From the NCBI GenBank assembly GCA_963704705.1, contig OY969931.1, forward strand, positions 480,001 through 512,000: a stretch of 32,000 nucleotides of DNA. Direction: 5' to 3'. Below the pieces are notes generated by a model that saw only the letters and a list, made by a program, of their open reading frames with translations, was not told where the DNA came from and did no database searches. The stretch comes from an uncultured bacterium. GTDB taxonomy: Bacteria > Patescibacteriota > Gracilibacteria > UBA1369 > PNNO01. Of the stretch, positions 25,420 through 32,000 are shown piece after piece. Both the position numbers and the translations under genes were made by a program. How positions within the stretch are numbered: the stretch's first letter is position 1; every line of letters begins with the position of its first letter.

Positions 25420-25448
25420 ATTTTACAGATAAATTCTTTTTTTGACAA
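25420..25448 (-). promoter_or_regulatory. Candidate promoter of the hypC-hydE/hydG/hydrogenase operon
   Basis: On the minus strand: TTGTCA (25448-25443), 17-nt spacer, TAAAAT (25425-25420), 9 nt before the ATG at 25410. The -35 box overlaps face-to-face with the plus-strand TTGACA. Confidence 0.4.
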
Positions 25449-25470
25449 AATCTTTATAAAAAGTTATATT
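25442..25470 (+). promoter_or_regulatory. Sigma70-like promoter of the 408-aa gene
   Basis: TTGACA (25442-25447), 17-nt spacer, TATATT (25465-25470). Confidence 0.45.
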
Positions 25471-25493
25471 TTGCACCTTTAAAAAATTACAAG

Positions 25494-26720
25494 ATGATAG
25501 AACAAATAGATGGAAATGATGAATTGACCCAATTAGCAGCGGAAATTTCTGAACTTCAGGAAAAAAGAAGAGAACTTCGCAGAGATAAAGAAAAAACTCA
25601 GGAAAACGAGGCTTTAATAGATAAGCTTAAAACAAGATTAATTTATTTGCTTACTTTTGCTTTAATTCAAGATCCTCAAGATGCTCGGGAAATTGTGGAA
25701 CAAGCAGACAATTCGTTTACTGACAAACCACGATATGGAGAAGGTGAATATAGAACAACGGTTTTTGGACTTTTATTGAAAAAACGTTTAAAAGAAGGCT
25801 TATACTTGCCTCAATTGGATGAAAAACCGGTACATGCTGATTATATAAATGCATTGAAATTTATTGAAAGAAGAATGGCAATGATTGAGAAACTTGTTAA
25901 AAAGGGATTTAAAAAATATGAGCCTTATTTGGCTTATTTAAGGGATGCGAGATCTAAATTAAAAGTTCGTGAAACAACATTCTGGATAAGTACTGATTAT
26001 GAGGAAAGTTCAATAAGAACTTATGGCGGCAATGACCATCCGGATAAATTCTGGAATGATCTGCTTGTATATACTGCACAAAAATCAGCCGGAGAAATTG
26101 GCGGGATTGATAAAATTGATGGTGAAAACAGAATAATGGACAGGTCTCCGGAAAATCCTGATAAAACTTATATAAATATTCGTTCCGGCCATCAAATTGT
26201 TGATGAAGTAGTTGCAGAAGCCTTTAAATATGATTTATACACTGCTTCTTTTTTAGCTGTTTTGGAGCGTGATTTGGAAATCGGAACCGGACAGGTATTG
26301 CACTTTCAGAGAATGGGTCAATGGTCGCGCCGAAGGTATACTGATGCAATGTGCAGAGAAGCTCAGGCAATGTACAGACCGACTATTGAACGTCATAATG
26401 CAGAAGTTGCAGAAAAAATTAGGGAAATAATCGATACAAAAGGAGAAAAAATGATACCTGAAGCAGACGAGCAATTTGCTGAAAGGTTGGAAGCTATAAT
26501 GGAGCTTTTTCCTCAATTTAAATTTCAGGATATTGCATCAAAATTACCTAAAGAAGCCCAGATTGAAGATGAAAATTATAAATTAACAGGAATCAATGAT
26601 TTTGATAGAGTCCCGGAATATAAAGACAGTGAATATGAAGAGTGCTATTTAGGAGGTGATTCAAGCGATTTTACAGCTTTTGAAGATAGCAGAATGCAAT
26701 GGGACAAAACTGAAAATTAA
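25494..26720 (+). CDS. Hypothetical protein (408 aa)
   Basis: Long ORF with typical codon usage, N-terminal coiled-coil-like segment, acidic C-terminus. No P-loop or other recognised motif. Confidence 0.6.
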   Translation: MIEQIDGNDELTQLAAEISELQEKRRELRRDKEKTQENEALIDKLKTRLIYLLTFALIQDPQDAREIVEQADNSFTDKPRYGEGEYRTTVFGLLLKKRLKEGLYLPQLDEKPVHADYINALKFIERRMAMIEKLVKKGFKKYEPYLAYLRDARSKLKVRETTFWISTDYEESSIRTYGGNDHPDKFWNDLLVYTAQKSAGEIGGIDKIDGENRIMDRSPENPDKTYINIRSGHQIVDEVVAEAFKYDLYTASFLAVLERDLEIGTGQVLHFQRMGQWSRRRYTDAMCREAQAMYRPTIERHNAEVAEKIREIIDTKGEKMIPEADEQFAERLEAIMELFPQFKFQDIASKLPKEAQIEDENYKLTGINDFDRVPEYKDSEYEECYLGGDSSDFTAFEDSRMQWDKTEN

Positions 26721-27109
26721 GATTTTTTAACACCAAGAATTTGTTTTTCGAATTGTTTGTATTCTGCTGTAGAGGTAATTACTTCGCGGATAGCTTCGAT
26801 AATTTCTAATACAAGATCACGGTCATCAGATTCAAGCAAGCCGAGCCATGCTCCTATTTGAGCTGCAATATGGTCATCATCCGATTCAATTGCAAGGTCT
26901 TCTGCCAGGTTCAATATATCGTAACCAACTTGTCTTGCTCCTTTTTTTAGAACATCTTGAGCTTGCAGACATAAATAATTCACTAATGTCCGTGCATCAT
27001 TGATATTTGAATCAATACACCATTTTTGAAGACTTTGAGGTATTTTTTTGAATTTAGAATTGGCTTGCAGCCTTTCTGAAAGTGAGCTTATAGGAATTTC
27101 TGAATCCAT
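26717..27109 (-). CDS. Hypothetical acidic protein (130 aa)
   Basis: ORF only. Shares a TTAA bidirectional stop with the 408-aa gene. Confidence 0.5.
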   Translation of the reverse strand: MDSEIPISSLSERLQANSKFKKIPQSLQKWCIDSNINDARTLVNYLCLQAQDVLKKGARQVGYDILNLAEDLAIESDDDHIAAQIGAWLGLLESDDRDLVLEIIEAIREVITSTAEYKQFEKQILGVKKS

Positions 27110-27175
27110 ATTTAAAAAAGGTTATAGTGTATTTATAACTGAAAAATTGAAGAAATATTACAAAAATATAGGTTT

Positions 27176-27251
<76 letters not shown>

Positions 27252-27321
27252 TGATTTTTAATGATCAAACACAAGGTATTATACTTAAATTTCCTTTAAG
27301 GTAAAATTAAAATTTAAAGAC

Positions 27322-27350
27322 TTGACAAAATTATTACAACCTTTTATAAT
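27322..27350 (+). promoter_or_regulatory. Sigma70-like promoter
   Basis: TTGACA (27322-27327), 17-nt spacer, TATAAT (27345-27350), upstream of the ATG at 27384. Confidence 0.5.
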
Positions 27351-27383
27351 CAACCCCTATATAATTATTTAATATAATGAATT

Positions 27384-27911
27384 ATGCCTAAGCTGGAATC
27401 AAATAACGAACCGGTTTCGGTACACAGAATTGAATTTATTGATACAGAGGTGATTCCTGCTTTGGTGATTCCTGAAGAATTGCATCGTCTTACAATCAAT
27501 AAACTTCAGGAAGAATGTAGGACGAAGGTAAATATAATAGCTTGGACATATACAGTTATTAGTTTAGTATCTGCTGCAGTTGCAACATGGACTGCGGTTC
27601 CAAATCTTATTGATAGGCAAAAACACAAAGATAACGCTGCGGCCGTGTATAGATTAAATCAAGAACTGAAAGCAGAAAAATCAAAATCAGCAAGATTACA
27701 AAAAGAACTTAGAACGCAACGACAAGCGCACGATAGTGCTAAATTTATTCAGAAAATGACAGCACAAGCTTATGATGAACTGTTTAGAGAAGTTTTGAAT
27801 TGTGAAACTTCTTCAAAAAATCCAAAAAAGTGTTATGGAAAAATATTAACTGTAAACAATAAAGAAAGCGCAACCAGGAATCCGAAAAGGAAAAAAATGG
27901 CGAGATATTAA
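27384..27911 (+). CDS. Hypothetical single-pass membrane protein with a coiled-coil tail
   Basis: One hydrophobic segment (IIAWTYTVISLVSAAVATWTAV) followed by a K/Q/R-rich helical region. No recognised motif. Confidence 0.5.
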   Translation: MPKLESNNEPVSVHRIEFIDTEVIPALVIPEELHRLTINKLQEECRTKVNIIAWTYTVISLVSAAVATWTAVPNLIDRQKHKDNAAAVYRLNQELKAEKSKSARLQKELRTQRQAHDSAKFIQKMTAQAYDELFREVLNCETSSKNPKKCYGKILTVNNKESATRNPKRKKMARY

Positions 27912-28306
27912 GATTTTTCTTCAGCCTTTTCTTCTTTCTTTACTTTTGTTTCAGCTTTTTTTGGAGCTGCTTTGGCTTTTGGAGATTTTTTCGCTCCACT
28001 CGCTGACGCTCGTTCCATAGTGCTCGCATTGCTCGCACTTCCTTCTTTAATATTTGCTATTGCTCTTGCTAATCTTGATTTCTTGTTTGAAGCATTCTTT
28101 TTGTGAATGATATTCTTTTTTGCAGCTGTATCAATAATTTTATATGTAACTGAAAGTTCTTTTTCTGCTTCTTGTTTCTTGCCTTCTTTCACGAGAAGTA
28201 ACACCTTTTTAATATGTGTCTTCATAGAAGACCTGACAGGGAAGTTTCTTTGTCTTCGAATTTCGGCTTGTTTAACACGCTTTTTAGCTGATTTGATGAT
28301 TGGCAT
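27908..28306 (-). CDS. rpsT: 30S ribosomal protein S20 with a Lys/Ala-rich C-terminal extension
   Basis: MPIIKSAKKRVKQAEIRRQRN...SSMKTHIKKV...IIDTAAKKNIIHKKNASNKKSRLA is S20-like. About 45 extra C-terminal residues are rich in K, A and E. Confidence 0.85.
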   Translation of the reverse strand: MPIIKSAKKRVKQAEIRRQRNFPVRSSMKTHIKKVLLLVKEGKKQEAEKELSVTYKIIDTAAKKNIIHKKNASNKKSRLARAIANIKEGSASNASTMERASASGAKKSPKAKAAPKKAETKVKKEEKAEEKS

Positions 28307-28381
28307 ATTCGTATAATTATATTGCTTCTAATAAATTTGCCCATAAAATATAGGTGAAACATACTTTAAAGTCAAATAATT

Positions 28382-28984
28382 ATGCATAACAAGAAAATCA
28401 TCCTTGCATCACAAAGTCCGAGACGAATTGAAATCCTAAAAGATTTAAAAATTAAATTTGAAACAAAACCCAGCAAATGTAGGGAACACAGTTTTAAAGA
28501 CAGCAATATGACTCCAACGGAATTCGCTGTTGCCAATGCAGAGAGAAAGGCTCTCGATATAGCTAAAAACGAGAAAAACGCACTTATAATAGGTATGGAT
28601 ACTGTTGGTGAATTTAATGGCCAGGTTTTTGAAAAACCCAGTGATCGCAAACATGCTGAAACAATGATTAAAACTTTGAACAATACTACGCACAATGTAA
28701 TTACAGGTATTTGCATTATTGATGCCGACTCTGAAAATAAAGTAACAGCAGCTGAAATTACCAAAGTTACTTTTACAAATATGTCGGATAATGAAATAAA
28801 GGCATATCTTGATACAGGTGATTGGGACGGACTTGCCTGTGGTTATGGAATCCAGGGACTCGGAGCTTTATTTATAGAAAGGATAGAAGGTGATTATTTT
28901 AATGTTGTTGGTTTTCCGGTGTTTAGATTTCATCATTTAATGAAGCAAATTGGAATTAATATTTTGGAGCTAAGGCAAGGTTAA
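28382..28984 (+). CDS. maf: Maf-family nucleoside triphosphate pyrophosphatase
   Basis: ILASQSPRRIEILKDL N-terminal signature, ACGYGIQG, and NVVGFPV near the C-terminus. Confidence 0.88.
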   Translation: MHNKKIILASQSPRRIEILKDLKIKFETKPSKCREHSFKDSNMTPTEFAVANAERKALDIAKNEKNALIIGMDTVGEFNGQVFEKPSDRKHAETMIKTLNNTTHNVITGICIIDADSENKVTAAEITKVTFTNMSDNEIKAYLDTGDWDGLACGYGIQGLGALFIERIEGDYFNVVGFPVFRFHHLMKQIGINILELRQG

Positions 28985-29039
28985 TTAGCCCTTTATATAC
29001 TAAGTAACCCCCCACATACTAAGTATATAGAAATGCCTC

Positions 29040-29068
29040 TTGACAAATTTTTGCAACATAGTTATAAT
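29040..29068 (+). promoter_or_regulatory. Sigma70-like promoter of the surface-protein gene
   Basis: TTGACA (29040-29045), 17-nt spacer, TATAAT (29063-29068), about 60 nt upstream of the ATG at 29129. Confidence 0.5.
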
Positions 29069-29128
29069 CGCGTCTAAAATTTGCGATTTGATTTTTGTAA
29101 CGAATATAAGCAGGTCGCATTATAAAGA

Positions 29129-32000
29129 ATGAATAAGCATTTAATCTTACTTAATATGTATACAACAAAAGCACTTTCGTTAAAACGCGTTGGAGCAATA
29201 GCTGCTCTAATGGTTCTTGGACTATCACTTTTGCTTACACAAGCTATTTCTGCAAATGCATCAGTAGCTGCAATAAGTAATTACAGTGTTGCTCCGCTTA
29301 CTTTTAATCCCGGTTTACAGCCCCTTATTATCAATTTTGATATTAATCAGGCAGGTAAAGTCGGGTTAGAAGTCAGTAAAGATACAGAAGTAATTAAATC
29401 TATTGCGCACATGAAAGATGTGGTTCCGGGAACTCAAACTTTTGAGTGGGATGGAACTGACAGATATGGTGCTCAGGTCGAAGAAGGTGCTTACTGGGTA
29501 AGACTTATTTATTATAATACTGACTTTACTTTATTTAAAAATACCAAAGTTATTGTTGATTATAATGCACCTTATGTTGATCCCAATGGTGGTAACAATG
29601 GCGGTAATAACGGAGGTACAACCGATGTGATTACTTCTGATTATGTAAATCCTAATCCTTTTAATCCAACTCAGGAAACAGCAAGAATTTATTTTACATT
29701 AAATGAATCAGTAGATTATTTGGATGTGAAAATTAAAGATGGAAGCAATACAATTGCTACTTTAATAAATCATCAAAGTAAAAATGCAGGTACATATTAT
29801 GTTGCATGGAACGGTAAAGACACCTTTGGAGATTATGTGGATGAAGGTCCCTATTCTTATGAAATAAAAGCGAATGGTTCTTTTGGAACAGAAACCGAAC
29901 TTGGGAATGTTGATGTTGATTACGAAGGAAATCCTCCAAATAACGGAGGTAATAACGGTGGTGATACTATTGTTGAACCAAACATTACAAACGCCTATGC
30001 AATGCCTGAAGTCATTGATCCTTCTGAAGGAGACACAATGAGAATTTATTACACTCTTGATACATGCGCTTACGTAAAAGTAAATGTAACTGACCCTTCA
30101 AACAGCAATGCGCATGTAGCTGAGCTTCAGGACTGGACATATCAGTGTGATGGTGAACATTATGTTGTTTGGGAAGGCAAAAACGACAACAACCAAATTA
30201 TGCATAATGGTGATTATAAAATTACAATTGATGCAAATAACAGCAAAGGATCAGATGAAGAAGTGGAATTTGTTGAAGTTACAGATAATAACGGAGGCGG
30301 AAACAACAATGGAAATCTTCCTGATGTTTATGACTTAAGTTTAAACAGAGATGTGTTTGATCCTTATGATCAGACAGTTACATTAACTTATAAACTGGAC
30401 GAATGTTCGGATGTAACAATCAAGATTTACGATGAAAATGATAATTATGTTGATACTTTAACTAATGCTGAAAATAAGTGTTCAGGTACTTTTACAGAAA
30501 CCTGGAATGGTGAAGATTCATCAAATAATGAAGTTGATGATGGAAATTATTACTTCAAAGTCTATGCTTTAAATGATTACGGAAGCGATTCTGAAAAAAA
30601 ATATGTTGAAGCTGATTCAAGCAGCAATAATTCAGGCAATGACAAACCGCAAATTACAAATGTAGATGTAAATCCAGATGTATTTAATCCTTATGATGAA
30701 GATACTGAATTGAAATTTAAATTAAATACTTGTGCAGATGTAAGCATTGATGTTCGTGATCAGGATAATGATGTTGTTTATGAGGTTATTCATAATAAAA
30801 ATTTATGTAGCGGTACACATTCTTACAAATGGGACGGTGAAGATGATAATAATCATTATGTAAGAGAAGATAATTATGAATTTTACATCAGAGCTGAAAA
30901 TGATGAAGGAACTGATACAGCACGAGCTGATGTTGATGTTGATTACAACGGCTACACTTACAATTCAGGAGAAAGATGTTCAAATTACCTTGATGTAAGC
31001 ACAAGCAGTGAATATTGCGATGCTATTGAATATGTAACTGGAAGAGGAATTTTCGACGGATATCCTGACGGAACATTTAAACCTTATCAGGCAATTAACC
31101 GCGCTGAAACTTCAAAAGTTATTATTAAAGGATTTGATTATCCTATACTTTCACCTGACGGAACAAACCTTGGATTCTGGGATTTATTACCTGAAGCTTG
31201 GTATATTCCTTATATAAAAACAGGTAAGGCTTACGGAATTTTACAGGGATATCCTGATGGTTCATTCCAGCCTGCAAGAACAGTAAACCGCGTGGAATTA
31301 CTTAAGATTTTCCTTGAGTCAGCAAATGTAGCATTGCCTACTTGCAATACAGCTCCTTATGTTGACACTCCAAAACAAGCGGATACAGAATGGTATATTC
31401 CATATGTTTGCTATGCGAAAATGAACAATTTAATGGATACAGACTATTATGGTCACTTTAATCCTGATAAACCAATGACTCGCGGCGATGTAGCTGAGTT
31501 ATTCTACAGATTTTCAAACCGCGATTATAATACCAATTACACTTATAACGACCCATATTATTACGACGATTACTACTACACCAACACAACTACCGGAACA
31601 GTAGCAAAATTAAGCAATGTTGAACTTTCTGATGATAAGGTTGAACGAGGCGATGCATTCACTATTTATTATAATTTGAATGTACGATCTGATGTAACTA
31701 TTGAAATCCTTGATGAAGATGGTGATGTTGTAAGAGAAATTATTGATGACTTCAGCCAGTCAGCAGGAAGATTATCAGCTCGCTTTAACGGAGAAAATGA
31801 CGATGGTGACGATTTAAGATTGGGTGATTACACTGTAAGAATAGTTGCACGTAACTATTATGGATCAGACAAAGAAGAAATTGATTTTGAAGTTGCTGAA
31901 AACGGAGGAAGCAGTAGCGACGACTACAGAGATACCAATAAATTAGTTGATGTTTACGATCTTAATCTGGATCCAGACGAGTTCGATCCTGATACTGAAG
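29129..32000 (+). CDS. Large secreted cell-surface protein with FlgD-Ig-like repeats and internal SLH modules, 3' end outside the window
   Basis: Not in the ORF track because no stop occurs before the window end; I translated it by hand. Signal-peptide-like N-terminus (ALSLKRVGAIAALMVLGLSLLLTQAISANA). At least 7 units of ~95-105 aa carry WxGxD..G..V.(D/E)G.Y motifs, joined by NNGGNNGG linkers. Three SLH-like modules (GIFDGYPDGTFKPYQAINRAE, GILQGYPDGSFQPARTVNRVE, GHFNPDKPMTRGD). An alternative start is the ATG at 29156. Confidence 0.8.
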   Translation, partial: MNKHLILLNMYTTKALSLKRVGAIAALMVLGLSLLLTQAISANASVAAISNYSVAPLTFNPGLQPLIINFDINQAGKVGLEVSKDTEVIKSIAHMKDVVPGTQTFEWDGTDRYGAQVEEGAYWVRLIYYNTDFTLFKNTKVIVDYNAPYVDPNGGNNGGNNGGTTDVITSDYVNPNPFNPTQETARIYFTLNESVDYLDVKIKDGSNTIATLINHQSKNAGTYYVAWNGKDTFGDYVDEGPYSYEIKANGSFGTETELGNVDVDYEGNPPNNGGNNGGDTIVEPNITNAYAMPEVIDPSEGDTMRIYYTLDTCAYVKVNVTDPSNSNAHVAELQDWTYQCDGEHYVVWEGKNDNNQIMHNGDYKITIDANNSKGSDEEVEFVEVTDNNGGGNNNGNLPDVYDLSLNRDVFDPYDQTVTLTYKLDECSDVTIKIYDENDNYVDTLTNAENKCSGTFTETWNGEDSSNNEVDDGNYYFKVYALNDYGSDSEKKYVEADSSSNNSGNDKPQITNVDVNPDVFNPYDEDTELKFKLNTCADVSIDVRDQDNDVVYEVIHNKNLCSGTHSYKWDGEDDNNHYVREDNYEFYIRAENDEGTDTARADVDVDYNGYTYNSGERCSNYLDVSTSSEYCDAIEYVTGRGIFDGYPDGTFKPYQAINRAETSKVIIKGFDYPILSPDGTNLGFWDLLPEAWYIPYIKTGKAYGILQGYPDGSFQPARTVNRVELLKIFLESANVALPTCNTAPYVDTPKQADTEWYIPYVCYAKMNNLMDTDYYGHFNPDKPMTRGDVAELFYRFSNRDYNTNYTYNDPYYYDDYYYTNTTTGTVAKLSNVELSDDKVERGDAFTIYYNLNVRSDVTIEILDEDGDVVREIIDDFSQSAGRLSARFNGENDDGDDLRLGDYTVRIVARNYYGSDKEEIDFEVAENGGSSSDDYRDTNKLVDVYDLNLDPDEFDPDTE

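Noticed and set aside
25494-26720. 408-aa protein as the missing HydF scaffold GTPase
   Set aside because: It has neither a P-loop/GTPase G1-G4 motif set nor a C-terminal CxHx(n)HCxxC cluster motif.
28372-28764. 130-aa minus-strand ORF antisense to maf, together with the other antisense or nested track ORFs (1211-1393, 2584-2817, 3316-3639, 5011-5226, 5600-5800, 7715-7912, 8611-8799, 9540-9740, 10724-10912, 10787-10981, 11048-11239, 14127-14375, 14513-14791, 15405-15689, 17825-18019, 18405-18641, 19157-19375, 19203-19394, 20534-20797, 22256-22447, 22450-22665, 22944-23144, 26253-26516, 28107-28316, 28445-28693, 29757-29939, 30147-30338)
   Set aside because: Each lies inside a longer ORF that has strong motif support on the other strand or frame. 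Their low-complexity, hydrophobic or Phe/Ile/Leu-rich translations are typical of shadow ORFs in AT-rich DNA.
28994-29029. TATATACTAAGTA...ATACTAAGTATATA repeat downstream of maf as a terminator or operator
   Set aside because: It can form only a 7-8-bp AT stem around a C-rich loop, with no following T-tract. In this AT-rich genome it could arise by chance. Noted, but not called.
29588-30315. Recurrent AAT/AAC-GGN tracts as a tandem DNA repeat or CRISPR-like array
   Set aside because: They are in-frame Asn/Gly linkers (NNGGNNGG) between protein repeat modules. They lack constant repeat-spacer geometry.

Overview
AT-rich, tightly packed bacterial window (many 4-40 nt gene overlaps, TGA used as a stop, so standard code). 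The style resembles a small-genome, Patescibacteria/CPR-like organism, but that is inference. All calls come from motif recognition by eye; no searches were run. Bases 1-9600 are mostly housekeeping: BI-1/YccA membrane protein, yceD-rpmF-nusB-rnc, M17 leucyl aminopeptidase, dCMP-deaminase-like protein, acetolactate synthase large subunit, DHH/NrnA phosphoesterase, ferredoxin and a Fur-family regulator. Bases 9681-16638 hold an array of three paralogous ~550-aa cysteine-rich proteins with duplicated zinc-ribbon ends. Two of them are paired with TrmB-like wHTH regulators, and a 69-nt tmRNA-TLD-like mini RNA lies between copies A and B. A VirD4/TraD-like P-loop ATPase follows (16784-19015), behind a phased TAAGATATTAA repeat array. 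Bases 19170-25410 are the most unusual part. A two-subunit [NiFe]-hydrogenase and its endopeptidase are co-operonic with the [FeFe]-hydrogenase maturases HydG and HydE. HydE carries an N-terminal HypC-like domain. No HydA, HydF or HypDEF is in the window. The remainder holds hypothetical genes, a CAU-anticodon tRNA (Ile2-like), rpsT and maf. A large open-ended secreted protein with FlgD-Ig-like repeats and SLH modules starts at 29129 and runs off the window, so it is missing from the ORF track. No CRISPR array, integrase or transposase was seen.
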